Positions 51,430 to 62,182 are shown, numbered from the stretch's first letter. The stretch: DNA of 64,000 nucleotides from an uncultured Candidatus Actinomarina sp. (GCA_902566515.1 CACFIX010000002.1:19566-83565); one strand, 5' to 3'. Notes: generated from the letters alone by a model not told the origin. Program-made: numbers and translations.

Positions 51430-52242
51430 GTGGATGATAAATTAATAAAAGAAATTAAAGGGAATGTTGCGTATATTTGGATCAATAGACCAGATAAGAA
51501 AAATGCTCTTGATTCTGATGTTTGGTTTGGACTACCAAAAATTATTGAAGAAATAAACGACAGTGATGAAGCTAATTGTATTGTTATATCTGGTAAGGGA
51601 GATAGTTTTTCCGCTGGTATAGATATAACAATGTTTATGTCCGACATGAACCTAAATGAAAACTTATCTTCTACACCTCAGGACAGGCGAGAATTAATGG
51701 GTCTTGTTGAAAGAATGCAAGGTGCATTTACAACTATAGCTAAATCTAAAATACCAACTATTGCACTTGCTCATGGGTTTTGTATAGGTGGTGCTACTAG
51801 CTTAGTATCCGCCTGCGACATTAGATTAGCCACCAAAGATGCAAAATTCTCCATCGGTGAAACAAAACTGGGTTTAGTTGCTGATGTAGGAGTTATTCAG
51901 AGAATGCCAAAAATTGTATCAAGTGGCGACATAAACGAACTCGCACTTACAGGTCGGATTTTTGACGGTGAACATGCAGAAAAAATTAGATTTGTCAGTA
52001 AGGCATATGAAAACTTAGATAACTTGTTTGAAGCAGGAGAAAAGCTTGCCAATGAAATTTCAACTAACTCTAAAAGAATTGTTCAGGCAACCAAAGAAGC
52101 ATTAGATAAAAGTGCAAATTTAACAGTTGAACAAGGACTTGAATACGCAAAACTTTGGAGTACTTCATTTTTAGTTTCTGAAGACCTCAGAGAGGGCGTG
52201 ATGGCATTTCTTGAAAAAAGAGAACCTAAATTTAATGAATAG
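51430..52242 (+). CDS. enoyl-CoA hydratase/isomerase (crotonase) family protein
   Basis: 'INRPDKKNAL', 'VISGKGDSFSAGIDI', 'GFCIGGATSLVSACDIRLA'. GTG start. Confidence 0.85.
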   Translation: MDDKLIKEIKGNVAYIWINRPDKKNALDSDVWFGLPKIIEEINDSDEANCIVISGKGDSFSAGIDITMFMSDMNLNENLSSTPQDRRELMGLVERMQGAFTTIAKSKIPTIALAHGFCIGGATSLVSACDIRLATKDAKFSIGETKLGLVADVGVIQRMPKIVSSGDINELALTGRIFDGEHAEKIRFVSKAYENLDNLFEAGEKLANEISTNSKRIVQATKEALDKSANLTVEQGLEYAKLWSTSFLVSEDLREGVMAFLEKREPKFNE

Positions 52243-53212
52243 AATTATAGGTTGAAATAGCAAACCTATCAGTCATTCCTGCGACATAGTCTACAGAATT
52301 CTGAATTTCTGATTGATCTTGTGAATAAGAACTAGGAAGCTTATCTGGATTATTCTTAAAATACTCAACTAGAACTTCTACAATTTTTTTTGCATCTGAT
52401 CTTTGTTGCATTGTTTCCTCTCTTAGATATACATTTTTAAACATGAACTCTCTTAATTCATTCATTATGTCTAGTATTTCTTGGTCCATTCCTAGATTTC
52501 CACCATTGGAACCTTTGAACACCCCAGAAATTAATGAATTTATCCAAGCTTTTCCGGGAGGACCCAGTGAAGAAATTATTTTTTTTGGTAAGTCTTTCTC
52601 AGTCAAAACACCAGCTCTGATTGCGTCTTCTACATCATGAGATAAATAAGCAATTCTATCAGAAAACCTACATATCATACCTTCAGGTGCAAACGGAGGT
52701 TCCTCGTATCTCCACGGATGTTTCTTAATACCATCTATTGTTTCTTTAGTTAGATTTAATGGCTCTATAACAGAAAGCATTTTTACAGAATTTTCTGAAT
52801 GGCTCCAGCCTCCGTCAAGTATTTCATTCAAGACGTCTTCACCCGTGTGGCCAAAAGGAGAGTGTCCTACATCGTGCCCTAAACATATTGCTTCAGTAAG
52901 GTCTGGATTAAAACCAAGTGTTTTCGCAATAGATCTTCCAATTTGAGTGACATTCAGTGTGTGTGTCATTCTTGTAATAAAATGATCACCATCCGGATTA
53001 ATAAACACCTGTGTTTTGTGTTTTAATCTTCGAAAAGTTTTTGAGTGAATGATTCTATCTCGATCTCTTTCAAAGCAAGTTCTAAAAGTATCTTGAGGTT
53101 CTTCTTGATTTCTTCCGAGTGAATCTCCAGAGAAAGTGGCGTAACTTGATAATGTTACGCGTTCATTTTGTTCTCTCCATTTTCTATCTCTTAAGATAAA
53201 AGAATCGTTCAT
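52232..53212 (-). CDS. dgt: dGTPase-like HD-domain triphosphohydrolase (short form)
   Basis: 'FERDRDRIIHSKTFRRLKHKTQVF', 'DHFITRMTHTLNVTQIGR', 'GHDVGHSPFGH'. Confidence 0.85.
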   Translation of the reverse strand: MNDSFILRDRKWREQNERVTLSSYATFSGDSLGRNQEEPQDTFRTCFERDRDRIIHSKTFRRLKHKTQVFINPDGDHFITRMTHTLNVTQIGRSIAKTLGFNPDLTEAICLGHDVGHSPFGHTGEDVLNEILDGGWSHSENSVKMLSVIEPLNLTKETIDGIKKHPWRYEEPPFAPEGMICRFSDRIAYLSHDVEDAIRAGVLTEKDLPKKIISSLGPPGKAWINSLISGVFKGSNGGNLGMDQEILDIMNELREFMFKNVYLREETMQQRSDAKKIVEVLVEYFKNNPDKLPSSYSQDQSEIQNSVDYVAGMTDRFAISTYNSIH

Positions 53213-53221
53213 ACAATTACT

Positions 53222-53773
53222 TTACAAGTTGTGTTCTTCAAGTAAAGAAGTTAATTCCATCCAGTTATTTATATCTACTGCCCCTTTTACAGGTCTGTTG
53301 TATTCTCTTACAAATCGTAAAATTAATTTATCAGGAACTTGTTTTACATAATTTTCTATTTGGTGTGGTGCATCATCTATATAAGCATCACACTCAACTT
53401 TCCACTTTTCTTCGATAAAATGTATTTCTCTCGAAGGAATTTTGTTTTCACCTAACCACATTAAGGTATCGTGTATTGACCACCATGGCTTTGAAGACAA
53501 AATAACAACCTCATGTCCTTCTTTGGAAAGCTCTGTCAAAACTTTCACAGAATTTTCGTAGGTTTCCAAGTTTCTAAAGATTGAGCTTCCACCAATGTCT
53601 TTTGCCCAATTCCAAAAATCTAATTCTGTATTGAAATGCGTCAGAGGTTTAGATAGTCCCCAATTAGTAATGTCTGATTCAGGTATTTCCTTGCCAAATT
53701 CTATTTTGTACTGCTCTGTCCATCCTTTGGTAAAATTTGCAACAACACCATCTAAGTCAACTCCTATTCTCAT
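53222..53773 (-). CDS. 5'(3')-deoxyribonucleotidase-like HAD phosphatase
   Basis: 'MRIGVDLDGVVANF' DxDG nucleophile motif at the N-terminus, so the start is moved to ATG 53773. 'DAYIDDAP' is the distal HAD motif. Confidence 0.65.
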   Translation of the reverse strand: MRIGVDLDGVVANFTKGWTEQYKIEFGKEIPESDITNWGLSKPLTHFNTELDFWNWAKDIGGSSIFRNLETYENSVKVLTELSKEGHEVVILSSKPWWSIHDTLMWLGENKIPSREIHFIEEKWKVECDAYIDDAPHQIENYVKQVPDKLILRFVREYNRPVKGAVDINNWMELTSLLEEHNL

Positions 53774-53834
53774 TTGACTTAGTTTAATTGTATAGTGCAT
53801 TATAGAAAGTAAAGATATTACCATTTATATAGAT

Positions 53835-55364
53835 ATGCAAGAAGCCTTATATAGAAAATACAGACCTGATAGCTTAAAAAAGTTAGTCGGACAACCTGAT
53901 GCTGTAACGTTAATCGAAAAGCAAATAAAGAATAATAATTTAAGTCATGCATATTTATTTTCTGGACCAAGAGGTGTTGGCAAAACTTCACTGGCAAGAA
54001 TAATTGCTACTACTTTGGGTTGCGATCCGGTCTTTGATATAACTGAAATAGATGCAGCTTCCCACAATAAAGTCGATGACATTAGAGAATTAAACGACAG
54101 TATTAACTTTATAGCAAGTAGTCCAGGTAAAAAGAGGGTATTTATTTTAGATGAGGTACATATGCTATCTAACGCAGCTTCAAATGCATTTTTAAAAACT
54201 TTAGAGGAACCACCAGAGCACGTGATATTCATACTTGCAACTACAGAACCCGAAAGAGTATTAGAAACTATTAAAAGCAGAACAACTCAAATAGCTTTTA
54301 AAAGAATTGGGAACGATGAAATTATAAGCACACTTAATGAGATTGGTAAAAATGAAAAAATAAAAATTAATGACGATGTTTTAAGCTACATTGCTAACCA
54401 AAGCGATGGTTCATTGCGTGATGCAATAAATCTTTTTGAACAAACCCACAATACATTTGGTAATAAAGCAACTATCGATGACTTGTACAGTATTCTTGGC
54501 AAAGTCTCTATCGCAGACTTACAGCAAATTATTGAGTCTATTAATACACAAGATACATCTAAGATTCTAAATATTCTCAAAGTTAATTACAGCAAAGGCC
54601 TTCAGCCTTTAGACATCCTAAATTCTATTACTGATTTATTTAGGAATATTTTTTACTTCAAATACTTGCCTGATGATGATACTTTTTTAGCTATTAGCGA
54701 AAGTGAAAACGCATTAGTAAAACACTCGAATGAATTTATAACTGCCAAGCAGTTATCCAGAGTCTTAGATTTATTAGATGAACTTAACCAAACAATTGTC
54801 AACGCACCTTCTCAAGAACTAAAGTTGGAACTATTCCTAATTAAATTAATTAAACCCCAACTGGCATCTGATATAAAATCAATTTCAAGACGAGTTGACC
54901 TTTTAGAAGGCGAACAAAACATTATAGAAGCTGTTGTTAAAGAAATTCCCTCTACCCAGCAAACGCCAAAACTAAAAAATGATACTGAAAAAAAAACTAA
55001 AAGCCCAATTAGGGCCCCAAAAAAAGATCTAGAAAATTTTGATGTATATTGGCCAAAGATACTTCAAGAAGGAAAGAATATACTTACTCCAAGAAAATAT
55101 TCCTATATTACTCTGGTAAGCCCTCAGATAGAAGATAAAGAAAACCTGACTCTTTATGTTGATGATGAGAATGAGTATTTAATTACTGAGCTGAAAAAAT
55201 CGCAGGATATTTTGGAATTTATTGAATCAGAAATTGCAAAAAAAATGGGACTAAAAGTTTCTATCCAAGTAAAGGCAGCGAAAGGTTTATCGGAAAACTC
55301 CAGTACAGAAAAAAATGTTCAGGATAATATCAGTGAAGTTTTTAATATCGAAAATATTGACTAA
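53835..55364 (+). CDS. dnaX: DNA polymerase III subunit tau (gamma possible via the A9 run)
   Basis: 'LFSGPRGVGKTS', 'ILDEVHMLS', 'SRTTQIAF'. The A9 run at 54988-54996 falls at codons 385-388. Confidence 0.9.
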   Translation: MQEALYRKYRPDSLKKLVGQPDAVTLIEKQIKNNNLSHAYLFSGPRGVGKTSLARIIATTLGCDPVFDITEIDAASHNKVDDIRELNDSINFIASSPGKKRVFILDEVHMLSNAASNAFLKTLEEPPEHVIFILATTEPERVLETIKSRTTQIAFKRIGNDEIISTLNEIGKNEKIKINDDVLSYIANQSDGSLRDAINLFEQTHNTFGNKATIDDLYSILGKVSIADLQQIIESINTQDTSKILNILKVNYSKGLQPLDILNSITDLFRNIFYFKYLPDDDTFLAISESENALVKHSNEFITAKQLSRVLDLLDELNQTIVNAPSQELKLELFLIKLIKPQLASDIKSISRRVDLLEGEQNIIEAVVKEIPSTQQTPKLKNDTEKKTKSPIRAPKKDLENFDVYWPKILQEGKNILTPRKYSYITLVSPQIEDKENLTLYVDDENEYLITELKKSQDILEFIESEIAKKMGLKVSIQVKAAKGLSENSSTEKNVQDNISEVFNIENID

Positions 55365-55702
55365 TTCTCTTTAAGATTTAACTCACTTAAAGCGACTGTT
55401 ATTCTTCGAGATCCTTGATTTTGAGCACTTTTACACAACTCTATAAAACTCCTTAATTCTCCGGTTCTAAATTTTTTTAGTTCGTCTCCAGACTCAACTT
55501 TTGTGTTTCTTTCTCTTTCAAGTAATTTTATCTCTATTTCTTTAGCTCTCGCCAGATATGTACTGCTAACTTCAAAAAGTGTATCAACCCCATCTGCAAT
55601 TGGGGGGTTAATGTGCCCCATTAACACATCTATATAATCATTTATTTCTCTGTGCAATTCTTGAGCACTGGACAAACCTTTTTTTAATGGAAATTTTTGC
55701 AT
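55361..55702 (-). CDS. hypothetical helical protein
   Basis: 113-aa ORF tightly packed after murJ (1-nt overlap). No motif recognised. Confidence 0.45.
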   Translation of the reverse strand: MQKFPLKKGLSSAQELHREINDYIDVLMGHINPPIADGVDTLFEVSSTYLARAKEIEIKLLERERNTKVESGDELKKFRTGELRSFIELCKSAQNQGSRRITVALSELNLKEN

Positions 55703-57183
55703 TAGTTTCTTTTTGTTATATTAATATATTTAAATTTTAGCAATACAAGAAAAGTAAAAGTCAAACCTACAATACTTACAAAGCTTGTTGAAAGTTGTAT
55801 GAAAGTACTGTCAAAAACTAACAATTTAGAAAGAAGGAATGATAGTACCAAAATTACACATGATTTAATAACATCTTTAACTAGAGATAGGTTAAGTATT
55901 TTTATATTTTTAACTTTTAAATTAATCAGTAAATATATTGAATAAACAAACAAAGATAATGTAATTAGTAGAGCATAAGCCTTTGCATCTTTATTGCCTA
56001 TAACAAGCAAAAGAATCGTCGTTAATACAGATATAACAGATCCGCTTATTACAGGAAACCAGAATATTTTTTGAACATAATATGATCTTGTAAGAATTTG
56101 ATTCATAGACCAAGGCAATATAGCAAAAACAATAATTGAAAATATACTGGCCACAGTTAATGTGTTTGTTGAATTAAAAGCTCCACGTTCGTAAATTATA
56201 GAAATTATAGATTCAGCATTAGCAAGACAGAAAACCATAACGGCACCATTGAATAAAAATAGATAAGAAAGCTGTTTTCTAACTAGAAGTACTAATTCTT
56301 CTATTTCGTCTGCTTTGAATAATCTTGCAAGCAATGGATAACTTGCAACACCAATTGCTTGAGCAATTATACCAACTGGAAGTATGGCAATTCTGCGTGC
56401 GTATCTAAAAGTTGCAACACTACCAACAGTAAGCATTGACCCAAAAATTCTGAAAAGCTGTTCATCTATTACAGCAATTGATTGTCCAACAACAAGGGGT
56501 AAAGAGATAAATAGATACTCTTTCAAATATCTCAGTTGAGGAGGAACAAAACTGTATTTGAGACCCGACCTCGATGCACCAATAACCTGTATTATTAAAT
56601 GGCCAATTATTGAACCGACTAAAGTCCCTATAGCGAAACCTTTAACCGTACTTTCTGGAGAGCTAGAGTTGATCCAACCAAAAAATATAATCGTACTGTT
56701 GTAAACCAGTGGTGCAAGTGATGCATATAAGAAGTTTTCCTTTAAATACTGATAAGACATAAGAATTGCACCTATAAAAAAGAATATTTGACTAAATATA
56801 ATTGGGGTAAATACCTCAATAAAAAATGCAGGTGACTCAACATTTAGAACCTCTGACAATTGGTATCTAAACAAGAAAACTATGGCTGAAAATAAAATAA
56901 ACACCAAAGACAACCCATATAAAAGTGACAAGAAATAGTTATTTAATTCTTCTTCTGACTTACTACTCATCAACGGAATCAGAGTTATAGCAAGGTAACC
57001 TCCAGCTGAAAGATAAAACAAGAAATCAGGAATTATAAATGCTAAATCAAGTGTGTCTGTCGCACCTGAAACACCAGTCCATTTAGCTAGAAGAATCTCT
57101 CTAAAAAATCCTAATAGTCTACTAGCAGCATACGAAGCTGTAACTATAGATATAGAACCCATCAATTTTTTATAGTTTTGCAT
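55702..57183 (-). CDS. murJ: lipid II flippase MurJ/MviN
   Basis: 'ASRLLGFFREILLAKWTG', 14 TM-like segments, 'PLLARL'. Confidence 0.85.
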   Translation of the reverse strand: MQNYKKLMGSISIVTASYAASRLLGFFREILLAKWTGVSGATDTLDLAFIIPDFLFYLSAGGYLAITLIPLMSSKSEEELNNYFLSLLYGLSLVFILFSAIVFLFRYQLSEVLNVESPAFFIEVFTPIIFSQIFFFIGAILMSYQYLKENFLYASLAPLVYNSTIIFFGWINSSSPESTVKGFAIGTLVGSIIGHLIIQVIGASRSGLKYSFVPPQLRYLKEYLFISLPLVVGQSIAVIDEQLFRIFGSMLTVGSVATFRYARRIAILPVGIIAQAIGVASYPLLARLFKADEIEELVLLVRKQLSYLFLFNGAVMVFCLANAESIISIIYERGAFNSTNTLTVASIFSIIVFAILPWSMNQILTRSYYVQKIFWFPVISGSVISVLTTILLLVIGNKDAKAYALLITLSLFVYSIYLLINLKVKNIKILNLSLVKDVIKSCVILVLSFLLSKLLVFDSTFIQLSTSFVSIVGLTFTFLVLLKFKYINITKRN

Positions 57184-58048
57184 ATGCTTCTTCCATTCTA
57201 GATAATAAATTTAAGGGAACTTTTATTGGATTATTTTCATAACCTATTCCGAGTAGATTACTTGGCTTATTTTCACCATGAAAATCACTCCCACCAGAAA
57301 TTAATAAATCTAAACTTTCACAAATTTCAATAAGTTGAGCCTTTGCAGAACTGTTATAACCTGGGTAGTAAACTTCTAGACCACTTAATCCCATTATTTT
57401 TATTTGTTTTAGATAATCGAAAAATTCTGAAGTAATCCAATTTTGATTTTTTTTGTATGATTCGCTACTCATAAGCGTATGAGGGTGTGCTAAAAAAATT
57501 AATGATTTTGATTCTTTTGATAATTGAATTATTTCTTCAATATCAAGTTGATGAGTATCTATATTGGGGATAATTCCATTTCTTAAAAATTTTGTAAAGG
57601 CTTCACTGACATTACTCACATATTGTTTCTCAACCATTATTTGTGCAATGTGTGGTCTACCAGGCACCTTAGTCTTTACGAGATCTAGCTCGGATTTTTC
57701 AATATCTATGCCTGATTTCTTTAAGCTTTCAAGAATTATGTAATTTCTCTCTTTTTTCTTATTTCTAATCTCTTCAAGTCTTACGTTTAAGCTTGTGTTT
57801 CTGTCTAAAAAATAGACTAAGAGATGAATACCAGCAAATGGATTTTTTGACTTTAATTCCTTCCAATCTGCACCAACTTCAATTCCTTTAATTATTTTTA
57901 TGTCATTATCGGAAGGGACCTCAGTTAAATATTCATGATCTGTTATTGATATTGCTTCTAACTGTAATTCCTTAGAAAGATTGACAATTTCCTCTACCGA
58001 GAAGGTTCCATCAGAATTAACCGAGTGAATGTGCAAATCTATACTCAT
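57170..58048 (-). CDS. PHP-domain metal-dependent phosphoesterase (TrpH/YciV-like)
   Basis: 'IDLHIHSVNSDG', 'ISITDHE', 'LAHPH', 'GGSDFHG'. Confidence 0.8.
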   Translation of the reverse strand: MSIDLHIHSVNSDGTFSVEEIVNLSKELQLEAISITDHEYLTEVPSDNDIKIIKGIEVGADWKELKSKNPFAGIHLLVYFLDRNTSLNVRLEEIRNKKKERNYIILESLKKSGIDIEKSELDLVKTKVPGRPHIAQIMVEKQYVSNVSEAFTKFLRNGIIPNIDTHQLDIEEIIQLSKESKSLIFLAHPHTLMSSESYKKNQNWITSEFFDYLKQIKIMGLSGLEVYYPGYNSSAKAQLIEICESLDLLISGGSDFHGENKPSNLLGIGYENNPIKVPLNLLSRMEEAYAKL

Positions 58049-58104
58049 AAAAACTAGAGTACTAGGGTCTTTAATTCTTTAATAAATTAATTAGAATGTT
58101 TCCA

Positions 58105-59313
58105 ATGAAATTAATCGTACAAAAATTTGGTGGAACTAGCGTAGCTGACACAAGCTCGTTAAAAATAGTTGCGGAAAGAATAATTGACCGTAAGAAAGAA
58201 GGGTATGAAGTTGTAGTTGTGCCTTCAGCAATGGGTTCCAGCACAGATGAATTAATTGATTTAGCCAATGAGCTTTCCGAGAAACCTACTCCACGTGAGA
58301 TGGATATGTTGTTATCTGCTGGCGAGAGAATAACCATGTCACTACTTTCAATGCATTTAAACAGTTTGGGTCATAGTTCATTTTCTCTTACAGGTTCTCA
58401 AGCTGGAATAATTACTACATCTAGACACGGCAAAGCAGAAATTGAAGAAATCTCAGGTGAAAGAGTTAGAGAAGGCATTGAAAGAGGAGACATTGTTATT
58501 GTTGCAGGATTCCAAGGCTTTAATCGTGACACGAGAGAAATAACTACCTTAGGCAGAGGAGGATCTGATGCCACTGCGGTTGCTTTAGCAGCTGCTCTAG
58601 GTGCTGAAAAGTGTGAAATATTTACTGATGTGGAGGGAATATTTACTGCAGATCCGAGAATTATTGATTCAGCAAAGTTAATTGATGAGATTACTTACGA
58701 CGAGATGCTTGAAATGTCTTCTTCGGGAGCAGGCGTATTAATGGCTAGGTCTGTAGAATTTGGTAGAAGGTATAATGTGCCAATAATTGTAAAATCAACT
58801 TTTACAAACAATAAAGGTACCGTAGTGAAAGAAAAAACAATGGAAGAGGCAATTGTAAGTGGGGTAACCCACAATGATAAAGAAGTAAAGTTCACACTTT
58901 TTGGCGTTCCTGATCAGCCAGGTATTGCTGGTACAGTTTTTGGATCTCTTTCAGAGATTGGAACAAATGTTGATATGATTGTTCAGAACGTTTCTAAAGA
59001 ATCAATTACTGATATTTCATTTACTGCTCCCTCCGAACAACAAAAAGATGTAGAAGATACTTTAAAAAATATTTCAAAACAACTCGATGCAAAAGGTTAT
59101 GACGTAGATGAAAATATTGCTCGAATTTCCATAATCGGAGCAGGAATGAAATCAGAATCGGGAGTTGCCTCAAAAATGTTTAAAACTTTGGGAGATAATA
59201 AAATTAACATATCAATGATATCCACTTCTCCTATTAGAGTATCCTGTGTTATCAGTAGTAATGATATTGAGAAGGCTCTTAATGTCTTACATGAAGAATT
59301 CATAACAAACTAA
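58105..59313 (+). CDS. lysC: aspartate kinase
   Basis: 'LIVQKFGGTSVA', 'VVVVPSAMG', 'TTLGRGGSD', two C-terminal ACT domains. ATG 58105 is preferred over 58096. Confidence 0.9.
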   Translation: MKLIVQKFGGTSVADTSSLKIVAERIIDRKKEGYEVVVVPSAMGSSTDELIDLANELSEKPTPREMDMLLSAGERITMSLLSMHLNSLGHSSFSLTGSQAGIITTSRHGKAEIEEISGERVREGIERGDIVIVAGFQGFNRDTREITTLGRGGSDATAVALAAALGAEKCEIFTDVEGIFTADPRIIDSAKLIDEITYDEMLEMSSSGAGVLMARSVEFGRRYNVPIIVKSTFTNNKGTVVKEKTMEEAIVSGVTHNDKEVKFTLFGVPDQPGIAGTVFGSLSEIGTNVDMIVQNVSKESITDISFTAPSEQQKDVEDTLKNISKQLDAKGYDVDENIARISIIGAGMKSESGVASKMFKTLGDNKINISMISTSPIRVSCVISSNDIEKALNVLHEEFITN

Positions 59314-60299
59314 TGAAAATAGCCATTATTGGGGCAACGGGATTAGTTGGTCGTAAAATTATAAATCTATCAGAAGAGTATTTTCCGAAAGATACTTCCT
59401 ACACTTTTTTTGCATCAAGTAAATCAAAAGGAACTGAATTAGTAATAAATAAAAATAAGTTAATTGTTCAAGAATTAATTGATGAAAATATATCCGAATT
59501 TGATATTGCCCTTTTTTCAGCTGGAGGTGATAGATCTAAAGAATTTGCTAAAAAGTTTATAGACCATGGAGCTTATGTCATTGATAACTCATCTGCTTTC
59601 AGACATGATCATGAAGTCCCGTTAGTAGTTTATGGAATTAATGAACAGACTATAAATAGCAACACAAAATTAATTGCTAATCCTAACTGTACAACAATGG
59701 GTTTAGTTATGGCTTTAAAACCTCTCCATGATAAATTTAACCTTAAATCAATTACGCCAGTTGCATATCAAGCAGTATCCGGATCAGGAACCCAAGCGGT
59801 GGACTCTCTTAGTAGAGAAATTGAAATGGGAGATGATTTGAAAAAAGATTATGCAGATGGTTTTTATCCAAGACCAATTGCAAAAAATGTTATCCCAGTT
59901 GCTGGAAATTTATTAGAGAACGGATACTCTGACGAAGAAATGAAGTTTGTAAATGAATCAAGAAAGATACTTTCTATAGACGACTTAATTGTAGAGCCTT
60001 CAAACGCTAGGGTTGGAGTAAAAACAGGGCATGGAACATTCTGTTCAGCAGTTTTTGAAAATGAAGTTTCAAGAGAGTCTGCAATTGATGCAATCAACAA
60101 TTTTGATGGTATCGAATATTGGGATGATCCATTACCTACTCCACTTGATGCTGAGGGTAGAGATGATGTTTTGGTATCAAGAATGAGAGAGGGTCTTTCA
60201 TCCAAAAAAATACTCAACTTCTGGGTTGTTTCAGATAACTTACTTAAAGGTGCAGCACTTAATGCAGTCCAAATAGCAAAATATGTTTCAGAGTTATGA
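59313..60299 (+). CDS. asd: aspartate-semialdehyde dehydrogenase
   Basis: 'IIGATGLVG', active-site 'NPNCTTMG', 'QAVSGSG'. 1-nt overlap with ask. Confidence 0.9.
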   Translation: MKIAIIGATGLVGRKIINLSEEYFPKDTSYTFFASSKSKGTELVINKNKLIVQELIDENISEFDIALFSAGGDRSKEFAKKFIDHGAYVIDNSSAFRHDHEVPLVVYGINEQTINSNTKLIANPNCTTMGLVMALKPLHDKFNLKSITPVAYQAVSGSGTQAVDSLSREIEMGDDLKKDYADGFYPRPIAKNVIPVAGNLLENGYSDEEMKFVNESRKILSIDDLIVEPSNARVGVKTGHGTFCSAVFENEVSRESAIDAINNFDGIEYWDDPLPTPLDAEGRDDVLVSRMREGLSSKKILNFWVVSDNLLKGAALNAVQIAKYVSEL

Positions 60300-60961
60300 G
60301 CGAAGCAAATTATAAAAACCTAGCAACAAAAAAAAGAAGAATTCTTGGCCCCTTTGGAAGGCTTTTAATGAAACTATTTAGATGGGAGATTAAGGGCGAA
60401 ATTCCAGATTTAAGCAAAATGATTCTTATTGGTTTACCTCATACAGCAATGAGAGATGCTTGGTATGCTCTTTTAGCAGTTTGGTCTTTAGATTTAAAAA
60501 TTAATTTTTTTGGTGCTGCATGGATATTTACACGATTACCTAGCTTGTTTACTATCTCAAAAAATTTAGACAAGCTCGGTATACCGTGGCCATTTTGGTG
60601 GCTACAGAAATATCTTTTATTAAAACTGGGCGGAATTCCTGTATATAGAGTTAATTCAAAAGGATTAATTTATGGAGCAGTCGAAGAGTTTAAAAAGATA
60701 GATAACTATATTTTAGTTATTGCACCTGAAGCGGGTACAGAGCCAGTATCTGAGTTTAGAAGTGGTTTTTACTATCTAGCAAAAGGTCTAAACATACCTC
60801 TTGTGCCTATAGCTATAGATTTCAAAAATCGTTGTTTTTCAATAAGGCAACATTATTTTGTAAAAGGCACGTTTGAGGAAGAATCTCAAAAGCTAATTGA
60901 TCAATTTGAGGGAGTTGAGGGAGCAACTAGAACATTTAAAATGCTAGAAAAAATGGAATAA
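60296..60961 (+). CDS. PlsC-like acyltransferase
   Basis: HxxxxD box 'PHTAMRD' and 'IAPEAGTE' (cf. FPEGTR). Confidence 0.65.
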   Translation: MSEANYKNLATKKRRILGPFGRLLMKLFRWEIKGEIPDLSKMILIGLPHTAMRDAWYALLAVWSLDLKINFFGAAWIFTRLPSLFTISKNLDKLGIPWPFWWLQKYLLLKLGGIPVYRVNSKGLIYGAVEEFKKIDNYILVIAPEAGTEPVSEFRSGFYYLAKGLNIPLVPIAIDFKNRCFSIRQHYFVKGTFEEESQKLIDQFEGVEGATRTFKMLEKME

Positions 60962-61619
60962 ACAAACTCAAGATATAATTTCCAACAGGAATTTGTTTGA
61001 TTCCAAGTAAATTAATTCCAACTCCTACCAATAATACACCACCAATCCCGGCTATAGAATCAGACATAGCCTGGTCGATCGATCCACCAATAGCTAAAGC
61101 GCATAAAGTAAAGAAGCCTTGGTATATCAAGATGGAAATCCCCGAATAGCCTGCTCCTTTACCACCACTCGAAGTTAAAAACAAAACTAAGAAGCAATCA
61201 AGTGCAGTTTTGATTAACAAAAGCTCAATGTTTCCCTCAACTACATCTAAGAATGGACCCACAATTGCCAGTGGACCAGTAACCACTATTAATGAAGCAG
61301 TTAAGTAACTTTCAATAAACTTATTTTTTTCTCCTTCTCCTTTTTCAAATTTTTTATGAAGATATTCTCCAAAGCTTTTAATTCTTTCTTCAATTTTTAA
61401 ATATGTACCAATAATTGCGCCAATTAAAACAGCAAAAAGTGTAACTAAAAATTCTGGACTTTTTAGCGATTCTCTAATTCCCAAAGTTAATACCAACAAA
61501 CCAAGAGGCAGTAAGTTATTTTCAAAGTTTTTAATTTCCTTTTTAATAAAAAATCTACTTAATAGGCCTACACCCATTACTGCAAAAGAATTTATTAGGG
61601 TACCAATACCTGGAATCAT
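60936..61619 (-). CDS. DUF554 family membrane protein
   Basis: '[18 protein letters not shown]' N-terminus and a 6-7 TM profile, as in DUF554/YdfK proteins (from memory). Confidence 0.6.
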   Translation of the reverse strand: MIPGIGTLINSFAVMGVGLLSRFFIKKEIKNFENNLLPLGLLVLTLGIRESLKSPEFLVTLFAVLIGAIIGTYLKIEERIKSFGEYLHKKFEKGEGEKNKFIESYLTASLIVVTGPLAIVGPFLDVVEGNIELLLIKTALDCFLVLFLTSSGGKGAGYSGISILIYQGFFTLCALAIGGSIDQAMSDSIAGIGGVLLVGVGINLLGIKQIPVGNYILSLFIPFFLAF

Positions 61620-62182
61620 TTATTTTTAAAATCGTTATGGCTACGGCTCGGAGTAGGCCCCTCTTGTCCCTGATATTTGCTTCCGTATACTCCTGAACCA
61701 TATTTGGATTCAGAAGGAGAATTTAAGTAATAGAAAGATATCTGACCTATTTTCATTTCAGGGTAAATTTTGATTGGTAAATTTGCTACATTTGAAAGCT
61801 CAAGTGTTAGATAACCTGAAAAACCAGGGTCTACGAATCCTGCTGTTGAGTGAATTAATAGCCCAATTCTACCTAGAGAACTTTTTCCTTCTAGCCTTGC
61901 AACTACTGTATTTGATAAAGTCACTTTTTCAAATGTAGTTCCAAGAACAAATTCCCCTGGATGAAGAACAAACGGTTCATCAATTGTTGCAGTAACCAGA
62001 GTAGTTAAATCCTCTTGCTCTGCTTTTGGATCTATATGAGAGTATTTATGATTTTCAAATACTCTAAATTCATTTCCAACTCTTAGATCTACACTTGAAG
62101 GCTGAATGTAAGCTTCGTCTAAAGGAGAGATCTCTATCTCTTTATTCTCTAGTGATATTTTTATGTCTTTGTCTGATAACAT
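61616..62182 (-). CDS. dcd: dCTP deaminase (possibly the bifunctional dCTP deaminase/dUTPase type)
   Basis: 'MLSDKDI', '[11 protein letters not shown]', '[13 protein letters not shown]', 'GFVDPGF'. Confidence 0.85.
   Translation of the reverse strand: MLSDKDIKISLENKEIEISPLDEAYIQPSSVDLRVGNEFRVFENHKYSHIDPKAEQEDLTTLVTATIDEPFVLHPGEFVLGTTFEKVTLSNTVVARLEGKSSLGRIGLLIHSTAGFVDPGFSGYLTLELSNVANLPIKIYPEMKIGQISFYYLNSPSESKYGSGVYGSKYQGQEGPTPSRSHNDFKNK

Noticed and set aside
52232-53773. dGTPase-like plus deoxyribonucleotidase pair (and dcd at 61616-62182) as a possible dNTP-depletion anti-phage module.
   Set aside because: All three look like ordinary housekeeping versions in core-genome context, with no associated sensor or effector genes and no island signature. 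The evidence is insufficient for a defence role.
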